Positions 51,350-61,281 of a stretch of DNA of 64,000 nucleotides are shown here, one piece after another. The stretch is from Basidiobolus meristosporus CBS 931.73. Its lineage: Eukaryota; Fungi; Basidiobolomycota. Position numbers and translations under genes: made by a program. The first letter of the stretch is position 1, and each line of letters begins with the position of its first letter. The stretch covers positions 2,923-66,922 of the forward strand of contig MCFE01000491.1 of assembly GCA_002104905.1 (NCBI GenBank), in the 5' to 3' direction. The notes under the pieces are model-generated. The model searched no databases. It was given only the letters and a program-made list of their open reading frames with translations, and was not told the DNA's origin.

Positions 51350-53114
51350 TATATGTACGGTGATGGATATTGGACATTCGTGGAGTAATTGGCTCTTTTA
51401 TGCTATTCGATCTTACCTAGATCAAAACACTACGTAACAAATACGCAATATATTGCCATTGTTTGTGGATTATGGCCACTTGCACCTTCTAGAGAAGCTG
51501 GAGCTATTGATTGTTCTTACGGCCCAGCTCGCGAAACTGGTTCACCGGTGGCATATCCAATGAACTCGGTTATTGCCACAAAATAGAACATTCCTTCTGC
51601 CTAGCTTTACATCATATTGTGGTGGGGCTTGCGAGTTTAAGTGAAGTGTGTAATACAGATTTTAATAGATCATACTTTGTGTATCAGCTGTATATTGGTT
51701 AATAATGCCCCGTGACCTTGGAGCAGGGCTGGACAACTAACCAACCATATGTTACCTATGTACTACTGATTTAGATTTAGAGTTGACGAGCTACAACAAA
51801 ATACCCAGGCTGTGGATATATATAGGACTTGAGCTGTGTTAAGACTTGGGCAGAAACAGAACCAATTTCTGCGTTGCAATATGTCAAGCCCGAAGTAATG
51901 TTGTCACTTGCTGGGTGTCAAGTGCCTGAGAAATCATTTTGTAGTAAATCCTTGGATTCCTTACTATTGCGTAAATTTCAGCAGAAACGGTTGGCACTCT
52001 TGCACTCAATATTCCTATGGAAAATCTCAAACTTGGAATTCATCTGATAATCTGCTGATATTCTGCTAGTGTTCTAACGGTATTTTGCTGGCATTCAGCT
52101 GGTGTTTTTGCTTCAAATTTTCAGTTACAGTTCTTGGTGGAAGCAGTGAGTAGCTGATTACCAAATTTGGTATGAATGCTAGTTGGCCTAGTCTCCTCCT
52201 GGAAAATATGTCTGCTTGTCTGCCAAATACCTACTACTTGAGATATTGAAAGTTGTAATTTTAGTGCAGCTTGGTATTCAGCTGATATTATAACGGTATT
52301 CTACTGAGCTTAATTTTTTTCTTAGGGATAATGATGCAGCTTTTGCGGTGACTTCAATTGCTAACGCTCAAACCAATCACCTTGCTCTCTAGCTCCGGCT
52401 CTGGTTTTGAGTGCTGTGTTGGAGGAGCTATGCTATGGCGGCTACCAAGTCAAAACCTTCAATAATTAAATTTAAGGGGGCCTGTAAAACAAGTTGCAAT
52501 AGGTATGTTTCAAGTGAACGAAATCGTTAATGGTTCTGCGAGCAGACTAAAAGTAGAGGAGCACTGCACTTGAAGGAACTTTCACAGGTCACCCATACGT
52601 TGCCAGTTTAAAAAGAGAAGCATGTGTAGAGTTAGGAGTCTTTTGCTGCAAACCAAATCTTCATTTCAGCCATTCCACAATTGGGTGGGATTATTAAATG
52701 CCATAATGCAAATCAAGTGTTAAAAATGACGAGTACCACAGCAGAGATCATACCACAATTGCCTATACTAGGAAGTCACTATTTGTACCACAAATCCTAC
52801 AACTCATAAACTCACCAGTAGTTACATCTCAGTCAAAGAGTACAATTTGCAACAAGCTTGACTTGGATAATGATTTGTTATAAGTTGTAGCACGACTCAA
52901 GCTTAGTATATACCAAACTATGAACGAAACGGGCTACTTCCGTATGTAGGATTGTTGTAATGTTCCACTAACTCACCTACCAATGAGCTAGCCAGGTCGC
53001 TCATTGTGGTACACAGATAGGATCAGAGCTTTATGATGGGGGGTTTTCTGGATAACTATGGTTAGTCTTGCACCAACCATTACTGATAGATAAATTTTTT
53101 TCCACAACTCGTCA

Positions 53115-55154
53115 ATGATAGCAGCTAGGGGTGGTGGACAGCTTCATTGGTATGGATTGGCCGCAAAGATCCCAGTGAAACCAAGTTCACTTTGGGTTCA
53201 TCCTACTGTTTTCTATATAAAGCTAATATTCCTACCAACCAATACCTCAACAATGCTCTCTACCGATTTGCTATTTACTAAACGCACCCCGCAGGATGAG
53301 CCTGTGGGCGATGATGACTGCTCGCCAGATTACCGGAGACCTGGGTGTTTGTCAAACGCGTTGAGATGCAAATTTAGGAGACGTCAGCTAGTCCAAAAAA
53401 ACCAAGCTCCGCATTCGGAATACTTCAGGCTTCTGGCTGCATCCAAGGGCGGGGTTTTCACGATTTCCTTCCTTGGCGAGCAAGTCCCTACCAGCTCAGT
53501 AATCAGGAAGGCACATCCGAACGTCTCTCTCGATATAGCGCGTGCTCTTGCAAAGATGCAAGATATGTTGCAACAAACCTCATCACAGTTGACTAAACTG
53601 AACACTGCTTGCCGTGACTATGCGGATCGTAGGAAATGCGCGAATGACGATGTAATGGAGTATATCAAGTGGAGAGAGCTACTACCTGATAGTGAAGGCA
53701 ATTGCAATGTTTGTGCACACTGGGGCGGAAGCTTTCCCGAGGTATGCAGTAGGGTTATCGGCAGAGAGTTGACTACAATTGAGTTTGAAGTAGTGCATCG
53801 CTATGAGGAAATTGCGCAAATGGTAAAGGCTGTTTGCACCAATGAATATGAGGAAGAAGCCATCGAAAATTGTACACGAGCCTGGATTGCAAATATTTGT
53901 GAGCTGTTTATGCGCACCGGGGACGCCATCAAGCAAAAGACAAGCAACGTATATAACTCTAAAGGATCCTGGAAGTCTTATACTGATGATGTGGACACCT
54001 GGTCGGCCATAGGGAAATGTGTGGGGGTGGAGAAGGATATATACTGTCCAGAGGTGCTCTTCGGATGGATCTTGAGATTTCTTGTTGAGTATGAAGCGGG
54101 ATGGGGCAATGTGTCGGAAAACATGCATTTGTTTGAGCAATTCGGGTTGATCGATTTCAAGCGGATAGCTGTCCCTTGTGATGCCCATCATGAACAGGTG
54201 CTCTTACGACTGATGGAGCAGGCAGCACTGCCCGGAGTCAAGCCAGGATTGATTTATCTAAACAATCTGGGCCTTTGGTGTAAGGCAATTTGTGAACGCG
54301 GGCAGCAGGCAGTGAAGGAATCGTACGTCCCGTTTACAACACGCTGCAACCGCTGCAAACTGTGGGGAACGGTTTGTGATGTTTCCGCTGCAGGAACCAA
54401 CGCGCTACTCACATCGCAAGACAGACTACACAGATTAGAATACCAGAGCTTTTTATGTAAGATCATCAACGATGGTTACGATTTCGAGACGGACTACATG
54501 CGCGGTGAGGTGAGTAACTTCGTACAGGTGCTGCCTGAAGCCATGAGGACCTTTAATGTGCTACGAAAAGACGCTGCTCACATTAGCCAGTGTGACCTAC
54601 TATGCCATACCTCCTTATTGTCATGTGCTATAACTGGACTTTACGGGATATTAAGTGGGAGAAATCTGGTAGTGGAAAAGCAGTGCTACCGAGTTTACGT
54701 TGACGAAGGTAATTCACCAACAACCTATTGGAAGTACAGATTCTTTGGAGAATACAAGCATTGCATCAGAGCTCATACATCTGAAGAAGGCTATTCTGAA
54801 CTTGACAGGATCGAAAGATGGACTCGTACTATATGCAATAAGACCGCCGGCACTATTTCGGGAGACCTTGGTGACTTAACATATGAGGTTTGGTCCGCCA
54901 CCGCTGGTATCGTACTGCAGTGCGACTTTGGCGTGTTGGATATTCATAGCGCATGCTCAATAGCTGGTGAGAAACGGGTGACTCTACACCAAATAATTCA
55001 TAAATGGGGTGGGAAGTGGCACGAGTTGGCATATGCTGCCTTATTGGCTATGTATGTGTTACCACTAAATATTGGCGATGTCACAGTAAGCGGAAGCATA
55101 GATTTGTGTACAATCCCAGAATGGCAGGATCTGTTGAAATCCGAAATGATGTAG
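53115..55154 (+). CDS. Subtelomeric intronless orphan ORF (679 aa; likely start MLSTD at 53253)
   Basis: 2-kb uninterrupted ORF rich in Cys and Trp, with a TATATAA-like box at ~53214 upstream of ATG 53253. No family was recognised. Confidence 0.7.
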   Translation: MIAARGGGQLHWYGLAAKIPVKPSSLWVHPTVFYIKLIFLPTNTSTMLSTDLLFTKRTPQDEPVGDDDCSPDYRRPGCLSNALRCKFRRRQLVQKNQAPHSEYFRLLAASKGGVFTISFLGEQVPTSSVIRKAHPNVSLDIARALAKMQDMLQQTSSQLTKLNTACRDYADRRKCANDDVMEYIKWRELLPDSEGNCNVCAHWGGSFPEVCSRVIGRELTTIEFEVVHRYEEIAQMVKAVCTNEYEEEAIENCTRAWIANICELFMRTGDAIKQKTSNVYNSKGSWKSYTDDVDTWSAIGKCVGVEKDIYCPEVLFGWILRFLVEYEAGWGNVSENMHLFEQFGLIDFKRIAVPCDAHHEQVLLRLMEQAALPGVKPGLIYLNNLGLWCKAICERGQQAVKESYVPFTTRCNRCKLWGTVCDVSAAGTNALLTSQDRLHRLEYQSFLCKIINDGYDFETDYMRGEVSNFVQVLPEAMRTFNVLRKDAAHISQCDLLCHTSLLSCAITGLYGILSGRNLVVEKQCYRVYVDEGNSPTTYWKYRFFGEYKHCIRAHTSEEGYSELDRIERWTRTICNKTAGTISGDLGDLTYEVWSATAGIVLQCDFGVLDIHSACSIAGEKRVTLHQIIHKWGGKWHELAYAALLAMYVLPLNIGDVTVSGSIDLCTIPEWQDLLKSEMM

Positions 55155-55401
55155 AAATTTTTATTTCATATTTTGTGTCAATCGGCACCAAGACAATACA
55201 TTTCAAATAGCCGCCTTATACATCCAAGTAAGATTTATTTACTCTATGAGTATATTTTAGACTTGTTGAAAATTCAAGTTATTCAGATAAAAATATTTCA
55301 ACTAGTTGGTCCACCTGCTGACTTGAGGGTAGGCCAGCACAAACGGTTTAAACATCCATTTAAGGCACTCGAAGTAAAGAAGTAATCACTATGCAACCTG
55401 T

Positions 55402-55432
55402 GGGATGACAGTTACCAGCAGGTGAAATCTTG
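55402..55432 (-). mobile_element. Degenerate relic of the telomeric-element 3' terminus
   Basis: gggatgacagttaccagcaggtgaaatctt is a diverged match to ggggacagtcaccaacaggtgaaatctt (55804). Confidence 0.55.
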
Positions 55433-55800
55433 AATTTGACTGCTGAATGCATTAAAACCAGGTGATACCTGGGTAAGATCTATAAATAAAGAGAAGCATC
55501 ATCTTGTTAAGTATAATCACTTGATGGTTAGACTTTTACATAGGAGCGCTTAAGTACTATTTGTTGCAAGAGTCTTGGAGATATTGGAAGTGATTGCAAC
55601 AGAAAGTAGACTATGTGGTTTTCACTTTATGATTTATTGAATGTATATGTATTATATATACTTTTACATGGTCTTGGCATAAAGACTATGTAGAATAGGT
55701 TTAGGAAGGTTCCACAAACATGGGTGCAAAGTGTTGGGCTATTTGGACAACATATCTAATTTTCATATTCTGGGTACCGGATATTTTGGTAAGGGTAAGG

Positions 55801-56496
55801 GGGGGGGACAGTCACCAACAGGTGAAATCTTTATTTCAGTTGAAACAAAGAAGCCAGTGCTACTGTTGTAGCTTTGATACAAGAATGTGTAGCTGAGGGG
55901 AACTTGTAGGTAAGTGAATAAGAAGAGATGATAGTTCTTCTCTACTCAAGACACTGTTCAGTGAGAAGGGGGGTAGCAAGAGGGGTAAGAATGATTTGTG
56001 AACAACATTGATAAGGGGAATGTGATAAGGATTGATACTCATCATAAAGGGAATGTGCTGCTTCAGATATTGCTGCCAATGGTCTGTCAAGTACTTCAGG
56101 TAGACCAGCTTGGGTTTTTCTGACTGCAGAATACATTGACCAAACCTCTTGACTTCAGGATCCCCAAGTATAGTTCTTCAGCAGGAGCCAGGTGTAGTGT
56201 TGTGTGTTCTCTTCCAGGCCTTGATCAATGGGTTGTTGCAGTGGTGAAGTCTGAGATATAATCTGGCTCTAAGATAGAGAAGTTGGATCTTATGACGCAT
56301 AAACTCAAAAGCACTAAGAGTAGCATATCTGTAGGGGCATTCAGGCAGATGAGGCACCAAGGAGTTAATGCACCATACTGCAAACTTGTCAAGCTTGGTG
56401 CAGTCTCTAGAAGTAAGAGAGAGAAGTGATAAACCTAATTCCAGGACAGGGAGGACAAACTGCTTGAGCAGAAGGAGGCAGCTGGGAGCTGAAGTT
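55801..56496 (-). mobile_element. Telomeric non-LTR element family A, copy A1 (5'-truncated, ~690 bp, decayed)
   Basis: Colinear with 61816-62505, broken reading frame, preceded by ggtaagggtaagggggggg and followed by ttaggg. Confidence 0.9.
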
Positions 56497-56544
56497 AGGG
56501 TGTAGGTGATATATTCAGGGCTAGGAAAAGATTAGAAGGGTCAG

Positions 56545-57717
56545 GGGGAGAGACAGTCACCAACAGGCAAAATCTTTACTTCAGTTGAAACAAAGAAGCC
56601 AGTGCTACTGTTGTAGCTATGATACAAGAGTGTGTAGCTGAGGGGGATTTGTAGGTAAGTGAATAAGGAGAGATGATAGTTCTTCTGTACTCAAGACACT
56701 GTTCAGTGAGAAGGGGCATAGCAAGAGAGGTAAGAATGATATGTGAGCAACATTGATAAGGGGAATGTGATAAGGATTGATACTAATCATAAAGGGAGTG
56801 TGCTGCTTCAAATATTGCTGTCAATGGTCTGTCAAGTACTTCAGGTAGGCCAGCTGGGGTATTTCTGAATGCCAAATATATTGAGCAAACTTCTTGACTT
56901 CAGGATCTCCAAGTATTGTTCTCCAGTAGAAGCCAGGTGTAGTGTGGTGTGTTTTCTTCCAGTCCTTGATCAATGGGTTGTTGCAGTGGTGAAGTCTGAG
57001 ATATAATCAGGTTCTAAGATAGAGAAGTCTGATCTTATAGGGCATAAACCCAAAAGCACCAAGAATAGCATGTCTGTAGGGGCATTGAGGCAAATGAGGC
57101 ACCAAGGAGTTATTGAACCATACTACAAACTTGTCAAGCTTGGTGCAGTCTCTAGAAGTAAGAGAGAGAAGTGTAAACCAAATTCCAGGACAGGGAAGAC
57201 AAACTGCTTGAGTGGAAGGAGGCAGCTGGGAGCTGAAGTTGTAGAAAGAGTAACAGCCAGTAGCTTGTGGAGTGCCTCTCTTGCCAGGATAATTCTCTTC
57301 TTCAGGTGTGCTCCAGAGTCTAGTCCAGTACAAAGGAAAGGAAAGCCAAGATATGTAGCAGAAACTCAAGCTGGTAGAGTGGAGTTCTCCAAGTTGATAT
57401 GACAGCCCAAAGGTACTGTCTTTGCAATGAAAAGCTGGAGATTATTCCTCTGCAGATACTGGTGGGTGGTTGGGGATTCTTGCTGCATATTGGAGGAGGA
57501 TATTCTGATGTTGTCAGCAAAGAGAGTTACCAGGCAGTCAGCTGAGAGTCTTGGGAAATCATTCAGGAAGATGGCAAACAGTATAAGACCAAGCACAGAG
57601 CCTTGAACCACTCCATTAGGAACTGAGAACACAGCTGATTGCTCACTTGGGTGCAGAATTGTTGCTTGTGGATCTAGGAACAGTGACCTGACAAGGAGGG
57701 TAAGAGAGGTACTGGAG
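56545..57717 (-). mobile_element. Family A, copy A2 (5'-truncated, ~1.17 kb, decayed; FADN in place of FADD)
   Basis: Colinear with 61816-62982. Contains GVVQGSVLGLILF and LFADNI in fragmented ORFs. Confidence 0.9.
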
Positions 57718-57903
57718 CCAGGTCTGAGAGAGGTTTCCTGGAAAGCCAGGCCTGAGAAGTGAGAATCTGCAAACTTGTCAAGCTTAGTACAGTCTCTAGA
57801 AGTAAGAGAGAGAAGTGGTAAGCCAAATATCAGGACAGGGAAGACAAACTGCTTGAGTAGAAGGAGGCAGCTGGGAGCTGAAGTTGTAGGAGGAGTAACA
57901 GCC
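57718..57903 (-). mobile_element. Chimeric junction: ~50-bp SINE fragment plus ~135-bp family-A fragment
   Basis: 57721-57769 matches SINE 59456-59504, and 57770-57903 matches A3 ~62390-62524. Confidence 0.85.
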
Positions 57904-57904
57904 A

Positions 57905-59277
57905 GGAGAGGGAAAGTCACCAAGTTGGTGAAATCTTTATTTGCATTAAGAACTAATCTAAGTACAAATAAAAAAGCCAATTAAGAGGTCTAGAACCTCT
58001 CTAATAAGTAATCTAATTTATGTTTTGTTTCATCTCTAATGTTTGTTTCAATAAAGTAAAGCTCATCAGGGGTAAATATAAAATTCAAGGGTTTTGGGGG
58101 AAGTACAAATTGTAGATGTTTCTGATCAATATAATCCAAGACTGGAACCCAGCCTGGGATTAGGTGTAGTAGGAAAGGTGTGTGGACTTGTGGCTAGCAC
58201 TGCCACATAGATCTTAGATGGTCCTGAGCCAGTAGTCTTGGTTTCTCAGCTTTTTGAAGTTTTGAAGCAAGCTCTGTTACTTCAGCAGAGCCAACCAGGG
58301 TGTGCCAGCAAGAAGATTTCAGGGAGGAGTTAGATTGAAGCCATTGTTGGATGGAGGGGTTATGTGATTTCTGAAGTTTGACTAGGAAGGAAGCACGGAG
58401 ATAGACCATTTGGATTTGGTATGGGTAGAACCTAAAGGCTCCATTAGTTGCATGGATATAGGGAGATACCGGAAGATAAGGTACCAAGGATCTGATACAC
58501 TGATGGAGAAATTTATCCAGGTGGTGAAGCTCTCTGGAGGTTAGGGGTATAATGGGGAGACCAGATTCAAGTACTGGCAGTACATGCTGCTTCAGAAGTA
58601 TAGGGATCTTTTGAATTGGAGTGTCTGGAGTGAATACTACCAGAAGCTTTTTGAGAGCCTATTGGGCAAGACGGATCCTATTATTCAGGTGCAGCTTTGA
58701 GTCAATCCCATGTTGACCAAATGGCAGACCTAGATATATTGCAGTTTGTTGTGGCAGAATGCTAGTGTTCTGTATAGTTGTAGTGCACCCAATTGGGACT
58801 GTCTTGGAAATTGAGAGTGAGAGGTTGTTGGCAGCCAAGTACCTCTCAATGATGGCAGTGTCTGCCATGGGATTAGGAGTAGCAATCTTGATATTGTCTG
58901 CATAGAGAGTTAGTAGTGGATAGGGAGAGTCTGGTGAGGGGCCTTTTGGAAATAAAGGAAAATTGTGTAGGAATATCACAAATAGTAAGGGACTTAGTAC
59001 AGATCCTTGGACTACTCCCTTTGGAACCTCATAAGTCTCTGATGTGCAACTTGGATACAAAGTTTTGGCTGAGTTCTCACAAAATAGAGAACGTATAAGA
59101 AGGGTCATTGGTAGTGTGGGAACTGCTAATAGCTTTCCTCAAAGCAGAGCTCTGTCCACAGAGTCAAAGGCTTTAGTAATGTCAGACAGAATGGTTGGCA
59201 ATGAGAATTGAAGTGAATGATCATGGCTTAGCACTACAGCCATATCCAAGGAGAGTTTGGGCAAGAAGCCAAACTGA
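57905..59277 (-). mobile_element. Telomeric non-LTR element family B (diverged RT, 5'-truncated, decayed)
   Basis: QFGFLP, DITKAFDSVDR-like sequence, GVVQGSVLSPLLF, LYADNI and YLGLPF occur in broken ORFs (58659..59108, 58194..58487). It has its own ~290-nt 3' UTR ending in the shared stem-loop, and its 5' end abuts gggttagggggg. Confidence 0.85.
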
Positions 59278-59285
59278 GGGTTAGG

Positions 59286-59804
59286 GGGGAGGAAAGTCAC
59301 CAAGTGGTGAAATCTTTATTTACTTATGACAAGTATCTAAAGAAGCCAAGTTAATCTGAAGTTATTCCTAGAAAGCTAGGTCTGAGAGATATCTTCCTGG
59401 TAAGCCAGGTCTGAGAGTTGAGAGGCTGAGTGGTACTATATTTCCTAGTTAGCTAGGTCTGAGAGAGGTTTCCTGGAAAGCCAGGCCTGAGAAGTGAGAA
59501 TCTGAATATATCTGAGCTAAGTTATACTGGTTTGCGGTAGCTGAATTGTGGCCGGAATGGCCAGTAGACTGGGGGAACTGAGATGAATTTCTGGGCGATC
59601 ACTGGCCAAATTTACTAGGCAAATCTGACCAATTAGCATTTCAAGGATTTCAGCCAATCAGAGCCTTTACTTTGCCCGATGGTTGATCAAGCCATCTCCC
59701 AATGAGCACACATCAATTTATTGATCAAATTTTGCTGGATCCAGGATTTGAACCCACAACCATGGGTATGGAAGGGTTAGGGATAACCACAAGGCTAAGT
59801 GTTC
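59286..59804 (-). mobile_element. tRNA-derived SINE-like element C, copy 1 (519 bp)
   Basis: The minus strand begins GAACACT-TAGCCTTGTGG (A box) ... GGTTCAAATCC (B box). The body is non-coding and ends in the shared 3' stem-loop. A near-identical copy lies at 61281-61799. Confidence 0.82.
59744..59797 (-). promoter_or_regulatory. Type-2 Pol III internal promoter (A box 59787-59797, B box 59744-59754)
   Basis: TAGCCTTGTGG resembles TRGCNNAGYGG and GGTTCAAATCC resembles GGTTCGANTCC, with tRNA-like spacing. The same boxes occur in copy 2. Confidence 0.75.
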
Positions 59805-59811
59805 TTGGTTA

Positions 59812-61280
59812 GGGGGGGGATGATAATCACCACATGGTGAAATCTTTATTTAAATCTTAAATAGAGAAGCCAAGTTTATATATGAATATTTGAGATGCAG
59901 TAAGCCTACAAGATAAACTTGGACTTTGCTGTATCCCAAATATCCTGAATATCAAAGTCTAGAGGAGAATGTAGCAAAACTGCTTGTTCACTGTAGTATT
60001 TCTTGAGGAAGTTTGTGACTTGAAGGGAAGGATAGTTTTTCAACAAGCTGGTAAACCTTTTGAGGAGTTCTTTTTCCAGAGAGAATGGTACAAAGAGTGG
60101 AATGTCTAAATGATGTCTGAATATATGCTCTGAGAGCTCCCAGTCCAGCATATTCTTGACTTCCTCTGTGAAATCTTCAACAATATCCTTGTCAAGAATA
60201 ACTTCCAGGAGATCCCTGGCAATGTACTGAATGTTAATAATCTTAGGCATATGAATACCTAGGTCCTTGAGGTAGCTTCTTTGTTCTGAAATTGGGAGAT
60301 AGCCAGCATTTCTGAAATAGCAAACAGCCCAATTGACAGTGGGAGGAGTTTCAGGGCTGACAGGGAATCTTCTTCTGGCTTTAGGGTGCACTGGCTTAGT
60401 TGGCTGTCTTGTTGGAAGGGCCACTGGCTTTGGATGAGCTTGAAGTGCTTGGGAGTATGTCTGAGTATGAATGGCAGGAGTAGCTGGTTGCTGACAGTGT
60501 TCAGATTGACTGGAAGAAGGGCTGGTTGAGGGGTTGCAAGGTAAGGAAGAAGCTGAAAGAGAAGTAGAGAGTGCTGGGTGAAGTTCAGAGAGAGTTTTGA
60601 AAAGAACCTGGATCTGAGATTTCAACATTGAGTTTTCAGCTTCAAGAAGAGAAACTCTTTGTTCAAGGTAAGAAGTCTGTAAAGAGTGAAAGTTGGGTAA
60701 AGACATGGAAGAAGTAGATAATAAGAAGAAAGGAGTAGTTGGGGTGGGAGGGTGGGAAAATAGTTGAGAAGAAAAGAGAGGAAAGATCTGAAATTGAAAA
60801 TCTCAGAATTTATAGATGGATGGACAAGGGTAGAGGATAGATTAATCCAGGGTTAGGGAAAAATAGTTGAGAAGAAAAGAGAGGAAAGATCTGAAATTGA
60901 AAATCTCAGAATTTATAGATGGATGGACAAGGGTAGAGGATAGATTAATCCAGGGTTAGGGAAAAATAGTTGAGAAGAAAAGAGAGGAAAGATCTGAAAT
61001 TGAAAATCTCAGAATTTATAGATGGATGGACAAGGGTAGAGGATAGATTAATCCAGGGTTAGGGAAAAATAGTTGAGAAGAAAAGAGAGGAAAGATCTGA
61101 AATTGAAAATCTCAGAATTTATAGATGGATGGACAAGGGTAGAGGATAGATTAATCCAGGGTTAGGGAAAAATAGTTGAGAAGAAAAGAGAGGAAAGATC
61201 TGAAATTGAAAATCTCAGAATTTATAGATGGATGGACAAGGGTAGAAGATAGATTAATCCAGGGTTAGGGAAAAATAGTT
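59812..61280 (-). mobile_element. Element D: ORF1/Gag-like-only telomeric unit with 5' monomer array
   Basis: Single 266-aa ORF, ~95-nt 3' UTR ending in the shared stem-loop, 5' tandem array, no RT. Confidence 0.75.
59906..60706 (-). CDS. ORF1/Gag-like protein of element D (coiled coil, S/P/T/Q-rich linker, alpha/beta C-terminal domain)
   Basis: Intact 266-aa ORF. LEQRVSLLEAENSMLKSQIQVL is a heptad coiled coil. The ORF1 assignment is inferred from architecture and context. Confidence 0.7.
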   Translation of the reverse strand: MSLPNFHSLQTSYLEQRVSLLEAENSMLKSQIQVLFKTLSELHPALSTSLSASSLPCNPSTSPSSSQSEHCQQPATPAIHTQTYSQALQAHPKPVALPTRQPTKPVHPKARRRFPVSPETPPTVNWAVCYFRNAGYLPISEQRSYLKDLGIHMPKIINIQYIARDLLEVILDKDIVEDFTEEVKNMLDWELSEHIFRHHLDIPLFVPFSLEKELLKRFTSLLKNYPSLQVTNFLKKYYSEQAVLLHSPLDFDIQDIWDTAKSKFIL

Positions 61281-61281
61281 G
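60754..61281. repeat. 103-bp tandem repeat, 5 units plus a partial unit, each ending in GGGTTAGGG
   Basis: tagttg recurs at 60761, 60864, 60967, 61070, 61173 and 61276. I saw one substitution, in unit 5. Confidence 0.97.

Noticed and set aside
58539-58547. GGTTAGGGG inside family B as a unit junction
   Set aside because: It lies within the coding frame (P-L-T-S-R-E), colinear with family A on both sides.
59286-59804. Element C as the telomerase RNA gene (it contains a 1.5-repeat CCCUAACCC)
   Set aside because: It is multicopy inside the array, has a tRNA-type head and carries the retroelement 3' tag. Known fungal telomerase RNAs are single-copy Pol II genes. Judged less likely, but not excluded without knockdown or template-mutation tests.
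59733-59804. Functional tRNA gene
   Set aside because: The acceptor and T stems do not pair properly, the anticodon arm is replaced and no T-run terminator follows.
60754-61281. CRISPR-like array
   Set aside because: The units are contiguous and near-identical with no unique spacers, and the context is eukaryotic.
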